Assembly: GCA_015056055.1 (NCBI GenBank) | Contig: SVHC01000010.1 | Location: 4,385 to 68,384 of the forward strand | Direction: 5' to 3' | DNA from: Clostridiales bacterium | GTDB lineage: Bacteria > Bacillota > Clostridia > Christensenellales > Aristaeellaceae | DNA: 64,000 nucleotides | Shown: positions 45,152-55,072 of the stretch, one piece after another | Numbering within the stretch: the first letter of the stretch is position 1 | Layout of the letters: every line of letters begins with the position of its first letter | Translations under genes and position numbers: made by a program | The notes under the pieces: model-generated | What the model was told of the DNA's origin: nothing | Database searches by the model: none | What the model saw: only the letters and a program-made list of their open reading frames with translations

Positions 45152-47546
45152 GGACATTCAGACCCGGCTGGAAGAAATCGTGCAGAAGTCCATGGAGGAT
45201 GTTATGCACGATTCAATGCTGCCGTATTCGGAGCATGTCATTCTCGAACGCGCACTTCCGCGCGCAGAGGATGGCTTGAAGCCCGTGCAGCGCCGAATTC
45301 TTTTCACCATGCATGAACTGGGCATTACTCCCGATAAGCCGCACCGCAAGTGCGCACGTATCGTTGGTGACTGTCTGGGTAAATACCATCCGCATGGCGA
45401 CTCCTCGGTATATGATGCGCTGGTTCGCCTTGCGCAGCCGTTTGCCATGCGTGCGCCGCTTGTGGATGGCCACGGCAATTTCGGTTCCATTGACGGTGAC
45501 AGCGCTGCTGCAATGCGATATACTGAGGCGCGAATGACTCCGCTTGCAACCGAAATGCTGCGAGATATCGAAAAGGATACGGTTGATTTTCAGCTGAACT
45601 TCGATGACACGCAGAAAGAACCTGTTCTTTTGCCCAGCAGATACCCGAATCTGCTTGTGAATGGCTCTTCCGGTATTGCAGTAGGTCTGGCAACCAACAT
45701 TCCTCCGCACAACTTTGGTGAAGTGGTGGATGGCGCAATCGCGCTTATGGATAAGCCGGATATGAACACGCAGGAACTTATGCAGTATATTCCTGCGCCG
45801 GATTTTCCGACGGGCGGAATTCTCGCGGTCGATGGAGAGCTTCTCAGTGCATATGAGACCGGACGCGGCAAGCTTACGCTGCGGGCACGCACCCATATTG
45901 AGCAGGGGAATGCCGGACGCCAACTGATTGTTATCACGGAAATTCCCTATCAGGTGAACAAGGCGAACATGCTGGAGAAGATTCTCAAGGTCAGCGAAGA
46001 AAAAAAGGCGTTGTTTGCCGGTATTCACGATATAAGGGATGAATCCGACAGAACAGGTATGCGCGCTGTCATCGAGGTCAAGCGCGATGCGGATGCTGAA
46101 AAGATTCTGACAGCCTTGTTCAAATATTCCGATTTGCAGGTAAGTTTTGGTGCAAATATGGTTGCCATTGCAGGCGGGAAACCGGTGCAGATGGGACTCA
46201 AAACCATGCTGATGCACTTTATTACGCATCGGAAACAGGTTGTAACCCGCCGTACCAAATATGAACTGGAACAAGCTCGTGCGAGAGCGCATATTTTGGA
46301 GGGCTTGATTGTTGCGGTCGATAATCTGGATGAAGTAATCAGATTGATTCGCGGCAGCAAAAATCCGAAGGAAGCGCGTGAAAAGCTGATTGCCCGGTTT
46401 GATTTGAGCGAAATGCAGGCACAGGCCATTCTGGATATGCGTTTGCAGCGCCTTACCAACCTGGAAATCCTGACGCTGCGCAAGGAATACGAAGAGGTAT
46501 GCAAGCTGATCGAGCGTCTTGAAGGCATCTTGAAAAGCGAGAAGAAGCTTCTGCGTGTAATCAAGGATGAGCTGGCGGAGATGAAGGAAAAATATGCCGA
46601 TGCCCGCCGCACGGAGCTTGTGAATGCCTTTGAAAAGATCGAAATTGTGCAGGAGGCTGAACCGGCAGAGGAAGTTGCGGTTATCTACACGCGTGCGGGC
46701 TTTATTAAACGTCTGACGCGCAAGGTATACGACAAGACCGAGCCTGCAGAACTGGAAGCCGAAACGGTTCTCCTTACGCAGACAGACAAACGGATTCTGG
46801 TCTTTACCAATAAGGGTTCCATGTTTAATCTGCCTGTTTCACAGACACCGGAATGTGCAAAGGCGAAGGACAGAGGATTGCCTCCGAACGGACTGCTTGC
46901 AGGTCTTGAAAAGGATGAAAAACCCGTTTCCATGATGGTGGCAGGTGATTTTGCCGGAGATTTGCTGTTTGTAAGTGCAAAGGGTACTGTCAAGCGAGCG
47001 GCTTTCAGTGAATATGATGCCAAAAAGAGCAAGATTGCAGCAACGGGTTTGAAAGACGAAGATGAAGTTATCGGCGTATGGCGAATCAATTTGCCGGAAC
47101 TGCTGCTTGTTTCTCAGCAAGGTATGTCCATCCATTTTATGATGGATGAGATTCCGCAGCAGGGTCGAACTGCCGGTGGTGTAAAGGGAATTACGCTGGC
47201 AGAAGGTGACCGGGTAATTGCCGCATTGCAGAATGAAAGCGCCGGCGAATTGCTGATCTTTACGGAAAAAGGTTATGCGAAGCGCAGCTTGCTGGTTGAC
47301 TTTGATTTGCAGGCGCGCGGCGGCAAGGGCTTGCGTGCGGTAACTTTCCAGAAAAACGGAGCTACCGGAACCTATATTGCTGCGGCAAGGTGCGTGACTG
47401 TTCCGTATGACTTCAATATTCGTCAGAAGAGCGGCATGCGCACAAAATTCAATACGGAAATGATCCGAATTGAGGAACGTGCGGGCAAAGGTGCTTTGTA
47501 TGCCGTAGTCGTGATGGATGACATTGTTGAAGATATCGAGGTGTAG
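45135..47546 (+). CDS. parC: type IIA DNA topoisomerase subunit A (ParC-like; GyrA not excluded)
   Basis: [30 protein letters not shown], catalytic-Tyr context [10 protein letters not shown]. There is no GyrA box after the IKR...Y segment at the start of the C-terminal domain, which favours ParC. Confidence 0.85.
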   Translation: MAKKPKDIQTRLEEIVQKSMEDVMHDSMLPYSEHVILERALPRAEDGLKPVQRRILFTMHELGITPDKPHRKCARIVGDCLGKYHPHGDSSVYDALVRLAQPFAMRAPLVDGHGNFGSIDGDSAAAMRYTEARMTPLATEMLRDIEKDTVDFQLNFDDTQKEPVLLPSRYPNLLVNGSSGIAVGLATNIPPHNFGEVVDGAIALMDKPDMNTQELMQYIPAPDFPTGGILAVDGELLSAYETGRGKLTLRARTHIEQGNAGRQLIVITEIPYQVNKANMLEKILKVSEEKKALFAGIHDIRDESDRTGMRAVIEVKRDADAEKILTALFKYSDLQVSFGANMVAIAGGKPVQMGLKTMLMHFITHRKQVVTRRTKYELEQARARAHILEGLIVAVDNLDEVIRLIRGSKNPKEAREKLIARFDLSEMQAQAILDMRLQRLTNLEILTLRKEYEEVCKLIERLEGILKSEKKLLRVIKDELAEMKEKYADARRTELVNAFEKIEIVQEAEPAEEVAVIYTRAGFIKRLTRKVYDKTEPAELEAETVLLTQTDKRILVFTNKGSMFNLPVSQTPECAKAKDRGLPPNGLLAGLEKDEKPVSMMVAGDFAGDLLFVSAKGTVKRAAFSEYDAKKSKIAATGLKDEDEVIGVWRINLPELLLVSQQGMSIHFMMDEIPQQGRTAGGVKGITLAEGDRVIAALQNESAGELLIFTEKGYAKRSLLVDFDLQARGGKGLRAVTFQKNGATGTYIAAARCVTVPYDFNIRQKSGMRTKFNTEMIRIEERAGKGALYAVVVMDDIVEDIEV

Positions 47547-47549
47547 CAC

Positions 47550-47846
47550 ATGAGTGAAATCATGGCTTTTCTTGCTGCACTGATTGTGGTGATCAACTTT
47601 GTTGCATTTGCCATGTACGGCATTGATAAGGCAAAGGCACGGTGTGGCGCATGGCGCATTTCGGAAAAAGCATTGCTTACCATCGCGGCTGCCTTCGGCG
47701 GCGTAGGAGCGTTTCTTGGCATGAGATTCTTCCGACATAAGACACAGCATCTGAAGTTCAAACTGCTGGTTCCGCTGTTTATGGTTATCCAGATTGCGGC
47801 AATAGGCTTTACGGTCTATTGGTATTACGGCATTTTTGCAGGATAA
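47550..47846 (+). CDS. DUF1294-family small membrane protein
   Basis: YGIDKAKARCGAWRISEKALLTIAAAFGGVGAFLGMRFFRHKTQH. Confidence 0.7.
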   Translation: MSEIMAFLAALIVVINFVAFAMYGIDKAKARCGAWRISEKALLTIAAAFGGVGAFLGMRFFRHKTQHLKFKLLVPLFMVIQIAAIGFTVYWYYGIFAG

Positions 47847-47852
47847 AAAAGG

Positions 47853-47896
47853 GCGTTTGACCGCTGACATCAGCGCAGCGGTTCAAACGCTTTTTT
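47853..47896. terminator. bidirectional terminator overlapping the 3' end of sigK
   Basis: GCGTTTGACCGCTG-loop-CAGCGGTTCAAACGC, flanked by AAAAAA upstream and TTTTTT downstream. Confidence 0.65.
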
Positions 47897-48562
47897 CAGT
47901 TTTTCAAGAGCAGTTTTTTCGATACGGCTAACATAAGACCGCGATATTCCCATTTTATCGGCCACTTCGCGCTGGGGAAGCGGAGCGTTGCCGAAAAGAC
48001 CGTATCTGAGGACAATAACGCGCTGTTCGCGTTCATCAAGGACATTTCTTATCAATCGAACGGCCTGATCGGATTCTATACGAAGTTCGGTTTCCTGAGG
48101 TACGACATCAGGATCGGTTCCCATAAGATCCATCAGTGAAAGTTCGTTTCCGTTTTTGTCAATGCCAATAGGGTCATCAAGAGAAAGAGAAATCCGTGCT
48201 TTTTTGCGTGTGCGAAGATACATTAGGATTTCGTTTTCAATGCAGCGCGAGGCGTATGTAGTAAGCTTTCCGGCTTCCGGACGGAAGGTGTGGACGGCTT
48301 TTATCAGCCCGATAGAGCCAACAGAAATTAAATCATCGGCGTCTATGGTGCTATGGGTATATTTTTTGGCGATATGCGCAACAAGACGCAGATTGTGCTC
48401 AATCAGGCGTGCAGAGGCTGAATTATCTCCGGAAAGCATGGCTTCAATCAGATGCTTTTCTTCGTCTGCCTTCAGAGGGGTGGGAAATGAAGATCGCCCT
48501 GCGATGTGAGAAAGAAAAAACCATGCACTGTCCCAAAGGGAAAGCAAAGCTTCAAACCACAT
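47870..48562 (-). CDS. sigK: sporulation sigma factor pro-sigma-K
   Basis: FPTPLKADEEKHLIEAML..ARLIEHNLRLVAHIAKKY, CIENEILMYLR, DPIGIDKNGNELSLMDL, ISRSYVSRIEK. These closely parallel B. subtilis SigK as I remember it. GGGAGGTG RBS before ATG 48562; the track ORF is extended upstream. Confidence 0.8.
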   Translation of the reverse strand: MWFEALLSLWDSAWFFLSHIAGRSSFPTPLKADEEKHLIEAMLSGDNSASARLIEHNLRLVAHIAKKYTHSTIDADDLISVGSIGLIKAVHTFRPEAGKLTTYASRCIENEILMYLRTRKKARISLSLDDPIGIDKNGNELSLMDLMGTDPDVVPQETELRIESDQAVRLIRNVLDEREQRVIVLRYGLFGNAPLPQREVADKMGISRSYVSRIEKTALEKLKKAFEPLR

Positions 48563-48627
48563 AAAAATGCGCACCTCCCATTCTTTTTCAGTGTATTCTG
48601 AAAGCTTGGGAAAGGTGCGCATTTCAA

Positions 48628-50640
48628 TTAGCGCAGAATGTAGCCACGGGGGCATTTGAATTCAATTTCGCCGCTCAGGGGATGGGCTGCAGCAACTACT
48701 ACGCGAATCCGCTGACCGGGGCGGATTTTTTGATTCATATAGTCGCTGACCAGAAGCATCTTCTCCGGAAGGAAAATCCAGTTTCCTTCAAGCTGTTCCA
48801 CAGGAAGGAAACCCTCGATGGTGTTATCCAGAATGATGCGTGCTCCGTGCGTTGTAACGCGTGAAACAATGCCTTCGAACGGTTCGCCGGTACGCCTGGA
48901 CAGATACAGGGAGCTTAGCATGGATACGGCGCGGCGCTCCGCTTCGGCAGCAGTCTGTTCAAGACGGGAGGCTTCCAAAGTCCATTCCGGCATGGATTTT
49001 TTATAACGGTCGCGTACGCTGTCTTTTAATTCGTCCAAAAGGGAAAGCTTCAAAAGACGATGCGCCAGCAAATCCGGATATCGGCGAATGGGAGAGGTAA
49101 AATGGCAGTAATCCGTGAGGGCAAGAGCAAAGTGTCCCAGGGGCTGTTCGGAGTAGTGTGCACGGCTGAGTGCGCGCATGACGGCATACTTGATCAGCGG
49201 CTCTTCGCTTTTTCCTTCTGCCAGCGCAAGCAGACCGTTCAGCGCGTGGGTAGAGGCGTCTGCGCGCGGCGGATAACCAAATCTATCCATCTGAAGATTC
49301 AGATTTGCGATGTCGTCCGGCGTGGAGGGCTCATGGACACGGTAGGGGAAAGGGAGCTTTTTTGCGCGCGCATAGGAAGCAACAGCTTCGTTTGCCAGCA
49401 GCATAAAGGATTCGATCAGCTTTTCGGCATCGCCGGATTTGTGCGCATAAATATCAACCGGTTCCAGGGTTTCATCCTGAACAATGCGCGATTCAGCGGT
49501 GTCCAATTCAATGGATTCACGTGCCTTTCGCGCCTCGATAAGGCGGAAAGAGAGTTCGCGCATACGCAGAAGTGTTTTCACAAGGGCTTTCGGAACGGTA
49601 TTGGGCTTTTCGGCAAACAGCGCATTTACGTCCTCATAGGTAAGCCTTGCCCGCGAACGAATCAGAGAGGGGAATATTTTATAGGACACAACGCGGTCGC
49701 CGTCAATGCGCAGAAGGACTGTCATAGCCATGCGGTCTTCATCCGGTTTCAGAGAACATATGCCGTTGCAAAGCGCTTCCGGCAGCATGGGGAGGGTAAG
49801 ACCGGGCAGATATACGCTTGTGCCGCGTGCAAAGGCTTCCTTATCCAGGGGAGAATTTGCGGGAACATAATGCGAAACATCTGCAATGTGTACGCCGAGT
49901 TCCCACTGCTCGCCTTTCTTTTGCAGGGAAATTGCATCGTCAAAATCCTGCGCATTTCTTCCGTCTATGGTAAAAACACGCCGGTCACGCAAATCGCGTC
50001 TGCCGGTGGTAATCACGGGTTTCAGCTTTGCGGATACGTGTTCGGCGAAATCAAGCACTTCATTTGGGAATTCCATTGCAAGGTCATAGGTGTGTGCAGC
50101 GGCAAGAAGGAGCGTGGAAGGGTCGCGTTCGCTGCCAAGCACACATTCAAGCTTTGCAGTCATGGGAGAGGCATTTTTCGGCCATTTTGCAACGGATAGT
50201 ACAAGCACATCACCGCTGCGGGCATCTCCAAGATCACCGTCTATAAAAATAGTGGCGGGCAGACGAGGATTGAGAGGGCGGGCAAACGGTCTTTTTTCCT
50301 GCCTTTTTCCATGAGGGCGGAATTCAAGGGAAGCCACAAATTGATTCAGAGCGCGGTTTTCAATTTTTTCCAGTACCGCGCGAGGACGTTCGCCGCGCTG
50401 GCTTGTGCGACGGACAAGAATCTCATCGCCGTCAATAGCAACGCAGTCCGGCATATCCAGATAGAAATCATTTCCACCGTCAAGAGGCCGTGCGAAGGTT
50501 ACACCGGATATTGAACCCATCGCGCGTGCACGGATAAGTTTTTCGGATGGTTTGTTTTTATGTTTTATGCCGTGTTTTCCGGAATACATGGGGGTGCGTT
50601 TTTCGGAAAAGGTATGTTTTTTACTTTTTTTATGTGCCAT
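48628..50640 (-). CDS. rnr: ribonuclease R (RNB family 3'-5' exoribonuclease with C-terminal S1 domain)
   Basis: RNB-domain motifs TIDGRNAQDFDDAISL and FTSPIRRYPDLLAHR, with an S1-like C-terminus. Start at ATG 50640 (MAHKKSKKH) with AAGGAG RBS. Confidence 0.85.
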   Translation of the reverse strand: MAHKKSKKHTFSEKRTPMYSGKHGIKHKNKPSEKLIRARAMGSISGVTFARPLDGGNDFYLDMPDCVAIDGDEILVRRTSQRGERPRAVLEKIENRALNQFVASLEFRPHGKRQEKRPFARPLNPRLPATIFIDGDLGDARSGDVLVLSVAKWPKNASPMTAKLECVLGSERDPSTLLLAAAHTYDLAMEFPNEVLDFAEHVSAKLKPVITTGRRDLRDRRVFTIDGRNAQDFDDAISLQKKGEQWELGVHIADVSHYVPANSPLDKEAFARGTSVYLPGLTLPMLPEALCNGICSLKPDEDRMAMTVLLRIDGDRVVSYKIFPSLIRSRARLTYEDVNALFAEKPNTVPKALVKTLLRMRELSFRLIEARKARESIELDTAESRIVQDETLEPVDIYAHKSGDAEKLIESFMLLANEAVASYARAKKLPFPYRVHEPSTPDDIANLNLQMDRFGYPPRADASTHALNGLLALAEGKSEEPLIKYAVMRALSRAHYSEQPLGHFALALTDYCHFTSPIRRYPDLLAHRLLKLSLLDELKDSVRDRYKKSMPEWTLEASRLEQTAAEAERRAVSMLSSLYLSRRTGEPFEGIVSRVTTHGARIILDNTIEGFLPVEQLEGNWIFLPEKMLLVSDYMNQKIRPGQRIRVVVAAAHPLSGEIEFKCPRGYILR

Positions 50641-50776
50641 TTGGAACTCCTTATACCTGAAAATGAATAAAAAGAATGCCGCCAGATCAACATGAATCAG
50701 CAATAGCTACAAAAATGTATTTGCTGAAACGTGATTTGCGCGGCATCCCTGATAGTGTGACAAAAACTATAGAAGA

Positions 50777-51133
50777 TTATTCAGCTGCGGACTCAGTAGA
50801 TTCCTCAGCAGCATCTTCGGTGGTATCGCCTTCAACAGATTCTTCAACCTGAACGTTACCATCGGTGGTTTCGACAGTTTCGTCTACGCGAGCGGTGGTG
50901 GTGAGAATGGTAGCAACGATTGCGAGAACAACGAAGACAGCAGCGCCGATCTTGGTGATCAGAGCCAGCTTACCCTCGATGCCCTTGGTCTTGCCCTTGC
51001 CGAAGAAAGTTTCTGCGCCGCCGGCGATAGCGCCCAGACCCTGACGCTGACCTTCCTGAAGAAGAACCGCTACGATCAGAATGATAGCAACAAGAATCAG
51101 AAGAATGCTGGTGACGATCATGAGTGCGCTCAT
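50777..51133 (-). CDS. secG: preprotein translocase subunit SecG with acidic C-terminal extension
   Basis: ILLILVAIILIVAVLLQEGQRQGLGAIAGG, a second TM, then a ~40-aa D/E/T-rich tail. Confidence 0.8.
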   Translation of the reverse strand: MSALMIVTSILLILVAIILIVAVLLQEGQRQGLGAIAGGAETFFGKGKTKGIEGKLALITKIGAAVFVVLAIVATILTTTARVDETVETTDGNVQVEESVEGDTTEDAAEESTESAAE

Positions 51134-51386
51134 TGTAAATGTTTCCTCCCTATGGGCATAGATGCCCTAACCATATTGCAGTGTTGCTTATTATACCACG
51201 TTTTACCTTGTTGTGCAACTGTTTGCAAGAAAATTACACAAAGAAAAGTATCATACATCAGAAAATGCAAAGCTGAGCGGTGTTTTATGAAAATAACAGG
51301 GTGTTTTTGATACATGCACGCTTTTTTACTTTACGCATTGCGAAAAACGTGCTATTATAGTAGTAATACAGTGGAGGAGGTATAAT

Positions 51387-53720
51387 TTGAATATCCTCAT
51401 ACACGCAATGATGTATCCCGAAGGGGAAAAAGATAAGCGGGCAAATACCTCCCTGTTCCTGCATGAATACGCTGTTCAGTGGAAAAAAGCAGGACACGAT
51501 GTGCGGGTCATTCATCATAAGATGGCCTATCCGGCTTGGATGGAAAGGTGTGCGCGGCTTGCGGCGAAGCTTTTCCCTTTACAACATCTGCGCGAATTTA
51601 TCAGTGGATACGGATGCGACGAAGAATGCAGGTTTGAACGGGATGAGATTCCTGTGGTTCGCCGGAATCTCGGTCGTCTGGTTCCGAAAACATTTTTTCG
51701 CAGCGGAACAATTGCCGGTCGTGGAAGATGGGTGCGCGAATATCTGAACAGTGAAGGGTTTGTTCCTGATCTGGTAATTGCGGATTTTGTATGCCCGTCT
51801 ATGCAGATTGCGGCGGAGATGAAAAAGGATATTGCAGCTCCCGTTGCATTGATACTGCATGACACCTGTACCGGATATCTTTCACGAAAATGGACGGGGA
51901 AACGGGCGGAAGGATTGGTACGCTGTGCTGATACAGTGGCATTCCGATCCCTGAGCGCGAAAAAGGAATTCGAAAAAGAACATTTTATTCCATTCAGATC
52001 GTTTTTGATGCCCTCCGGTATAGCGGAAGAAATGTGCGTTTCGCAGTGTGATGAGCGCCGAACGATAAAACGTTATGTGGCAGTTGGGCGCTTGATCGGT
52101 CGCAAGTATTTTGACCGGACTGTTGAAGCGTTTGGTCAAGCGAATTGTCCGGATGCAGAGCTGATTCTGATCGGAGACGGTCCGGAGCGCGCAAAGATAG
52201 AAGAAGTAGCAGCACGACAGCCCAATGCAGAACGGATTCATATACTGGGTCAGCTTCCGCGCGAGGAGGTTTTCCGCGAACTGGAAAAGGCCGATGCATT
52301 TGTGATGCTCAGTGAAAATGAGACCTTTGGAATGGTTTATGTCGAAGCCATGTCCCGCGGAGCTATTCCGATTGCTTCTGTGAACGAAGGTGCGGATGGG
52401 CTGATTCTGGATGGAGAAAACGGATTTCTGCTTCCGGCAGGCGATACGGATGCACTGTGTGCGCTGTTCAAAAAGCTGGATGAACTTCCGGAAAACGAAG
52501 TGCAGAGGCTTTCACGCAATGCATGGAAAACGGCTGAAAACATGACGCAGGGCACTCTTGCACAGGCTGCACTTGAAAATATGCAGATGCAGGAAAAGCC
52601 TGCAAAAATAGCGTTTTTTACCCGTGGTTATCCGCTTCCGTCATCGCCTGCGCATCAGGTGTTTGTGCAGCGCCTTGTTCATGGCATGGCAGACGAGGGT
52701 GTGGATGTGCATGTAATTTACCCTGTCGCACTGCACAAAAGAAAAGCACTTGGTGCGCCAAAATCCTTTACCGAATGGACGGAGGGCGGCAGGCGCGTCG
52801 AGGTGCATTGTCCTTCGCGTTTAAGTCTTGGCTGGTATCCTTTGACGGCGTGGAGTTTTGAAAGAGCTGCCGCAAGGGAAGTCAAGCGGCTTGGAATTCG
52901 CCCCGATGCACTGTATGCGCATTTTGCTGTTCCGCCCGGAACGAGCGCTGCAAAAATTGGCGAAAAAATGGGGATTCCAGCGTTTTTTGCCTATGGCGAA
53001 AGTACGCCGCAGCTTTTGCATAAATACGGGCGCAAACGTGCAGGACGCGCCATGAAGGACCTCAGCGGTGTTGTGGCGGTTTCTACTGCGGCGAAAAATG
53101 AGGTCATCTCGCTGGGGCTTGCGGATGAATGCAAAATCAAAGTTTTCCCCAATGCGGTTGACCCTGCGCAGTTCTCGCCGAGGGACAAAATGGAAAGCCG
53201 CAAAAAAATGGGCATTGCCCCGGATGCATTTGTTCTGGCTTTTGTAGGCGCATTTTCGGAGCGCAAGGGCGTTCTGAGGGCCAATGAAGCGATTGCTCGT
53301 GTTGACGGAGCAAAAGGCATTTTTGCCGGCAAGGGAGAGCAGATGCCGCAAGGGGAGCATGTGCTTTTCACCGGCCCTGTAAAGCCTGAAAACATGGCGG
53401 AATTTCTTTCGGCGGCGGATGCATTCATTCTGCCTACGCGCAATGAAGGATGCTGTAATGCTATTATCGAAGCGATGGCCTGCGGGCTACCGCTGATTAC
53501 ATCCGACCGCGATTTTAACTGTGATATTGCCGGGGAGGACAATGCGATTCTCATCGACCCGGATGATATTGATGCAATGGCGCGCGCCATATCGCTTTTG
53601 AAAGGCGATCCGGAGCGTTGCCGCAGAATGGGACAGGCTTCATTGCTGCGAGCACAGGAGCTGACCATTTCTGCAAGAACAAAAGGGATCCTGCGATTCT
53701 TACATGAACGCATGATATAA
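51387..53720 (+). CDS. fused double glycosyltransferase (two GT4/GT-B-like modules)
   Basis: Two E-x7-E-type regions: SENETFGMVYVEAMSRGAIPIAS (module 1) and TRNEGCCNAIIEAMACGLPLITS (module 2). TTG start 6 nt after GGAGGAGG. Confidence 0.7.
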   Translation: MNILIHAMMYPEGEKDKRANTSLFLHEYAVQWKKAGHDVRVIHHKMAYPAWMERCARLAAKLFPLQHLREFISGYGCDEECRFERDEIPVVRRNLGRLVPKTFFRSGTIAGRGRWVREYLNSEGFVPDLVIADFVCPSMQIAAEMKKDIAAPVALILHDTCTGYLSRKWTGKRAEGLVRCADTVAFRSLSAKKEFEKEHFIPFRSFLMPSGIAEEMCVSQCDERRTIKRYVAVGRLIGRKYFDRTVEAFGQANCPDAELILIGDGPERAKIEEVAARQPNAERIHILGQLPREEVFRELEKADAFVMLSENETFGMVYVEAMSRGAIPIASVNEGADGLILDGENGFLLPAGDTDALCALFKKLDELPENEVQRLSRNAWKTAENMTQGTLAQAALENMQMQEKPAKIAFFTRGYPLPSSPAHQVFVQRLVHGMADEGVDVHVIYPVALHKRKALGAPKSFTEWTEGGRRVEVHCPSRLSLGWYPLTAWSFERAAAREVKRLGIRPDALYAHFAVPPGTSAAKIGEKMGIPAFFAYGESTPQLLHKYGRKRAGRAMKDLSGVVAVSTAAKNEVISLGLADECKIKVFPNAVDPAQFSPRDKMESRKKMGIAPDAFVLAFVGAFSERKGVLRANEAIARVDGAKGIFAGKGEQMPQGEHVLFTGPVKPENMAEFLSAADAFILPTRNEGCCNAIIEAMACGLPLITSDRDFNCDIAGEDNAILIDPDDIDAMARAISLLKGDPERCRRMGQASLLRAQELTISARTKGILRFLHERMI

Positions 53721-53738
53721 ATAAGGAGGCAATTGACT

Positions 53739-54986
53739 ATGAGCGCTTTCGAATTTGCAAAAGAGTGGTATAAGGCACAGGGCGTAGATGTATGCGCCGC
53801 TATGGATGCAGTGGCTAAGATTCCGGTTTCCATGCATTGCTGGCAGGGCGATGACGTTATGGGCTTTGAAGGTGACAGCATGGGTGCATCCGGCGGCATT
53901 CTGACCACCGGTAACTATCCGGGCCGTGCCCGCAATGCAGCAGAGCTCCGCGCCGATATTGAGAAGGCTCTGAGCCTGATCCCCGGCACCAAGAAGGTTA
54001 ATCTGCATGCAAACTATGCCGAACTCAACGGCAAAAAGATCGACCGTGATGCATATACCATTGACGAGTTCACCGGTTGGGTAGACTGGGCAAAGGCAAA
54101 CAATGTTGGTCTGGACTTCAACACCACCAACTTCTCTCATCCCATGGCTGCAAGCGGCTTCACCCTTTCCAGCCCGGATGAAAAGGTTCGCAAGTTCTGG
54201 ATCGAGCACGGCAAGCGCTGCCGCGAGATCGGTGAAGAGTTCGGTAAGCGTCTGGGCAAGACCTGCGTTATCAACCACTGGATGCCCGACGGTTACAAGG
54301 ATGTTCCGGAAGACACCGTAGGCCCGCGTGCACGTATGGTTGCTGCTCTGGACGAAATCTTCAACGCTAAGGAAATCAGCGAAGAGTACCTGCTGGACGG
54401 CGTTGAGTCCAAGGTATTCGGCATCGGCGTTGAAAGCTACACCGTTGGTTCCCATGAACTGATGATGGGCTATGCTCTCTCCCGCAATAAGATGTACACC
54501 CTGGATGCAGGCCACTTCCATCCGACTGAGAAGATCTCCGACAAGATCGGCGCAATCCTTCAGTTCATGCCGCGCGTACTGCTGCACGTTTCCCGTGGTA
54601 TCCGCTGGGATAGCGACCATGTAGTTGCTCTGGATGACGAACTGCAGGCCATCATGAATGAAGTCGCAACCAACAACTATCAGGATCGCGTATGTATCGC
54701 TCTGGACTACTTCGATGCATCCCTCAACCGCGTTGCTGCATGGGGTATTGGTATGCGCAATGCTCAGAAGGCACTGCTGCGCGCCTTCCTGCGTCCGGCC
54801 AACATCCGTGAAGCAGAATACGCAGGCGATTATACCGCACGCCTTGCTATGCAGGAAGCATACAAGGTTGCTCCGTTCTCTGCAATCTGGGATGAATACT
54901 GCCAGCGCCAGAATGCTCCCATTGAGACCGAATGGTTCAAGCAGGTTCAGGATTACGAGAAGAACGTTCAGTTCAAGCGCATCTAA
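53739..54986 (+). CDS. rhaA: L-rhamnose isomerase
   Basis: About 415 aa. N-terminal ...AKIPVSMHCWQGDDVMGFE and overall similarity to RhaA as I remember it. AAGGAGG RBS. Confidence 0.8.
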   Translation: MSAFEFAKEWYKAQGVDVCAAMDAVAKIPVSMHCWQGDDVMGFEGDSMGASGGILTTGNYPGRARNAAELRADIEKALSLIPGTKKVNLHANYAELNGKKIDRDAYTIDEFTGWVDWAKANNVGLDFNTTNFSHPMAASGFTLSSPDEKVRKFWIEHGKRCREIGEEFGKRLGKTCVINHWMPDGYKDVPEDTVGPRARMVAALDEIFNAKEISEEYLLDGVESKVFGIGVESYTVGSHELMMGYALSRNKMYTLDAGHFHPTEKISDKIGAILQFMPRVLLHVSRGIRWDSDHVVALDDELQAIMNEVATNNYQDRVCIALDYFDASLNRVAAWGIGMRNAQKALLRAFLRPANIREAEYAGDYTARLAMQEAYKVAPFSAIWDEYCQRQNAPIETEWFKQVQDYEKNVQFKRI

Positions 54987-55004
54987 TTTGGGCCTTTTGA
55001 TGAT

Positions 55005-55049
55005 CCCGCCTGTTAGCAGATTTACTGTGCTGACGGGCGGGTTCTTTTC
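55005..55049 (+). terminator. rho-independent terminator after rhaA
   Basis: CCCGCCTGTTAGCAG...CTGACGGGCGGG followed by TTCTTTTC. Confidence 0.65.
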
Positions 55050-55072
55050 AATTTGTATTGGAGGCGATTGCT

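Noticed and set aside
47280-47345. GyrA-box-like heptad QARGGKG in the topoisomerase A subunit, which might argue for gyrase
   Set aside because: It lies near the end of the C-terminal domain, not at its start where the true GyrA box (QRRGGKG) sits. The canonical position (after ...IKRLTRKVY) lacks it. The assignment stays ParC-like but unproven.
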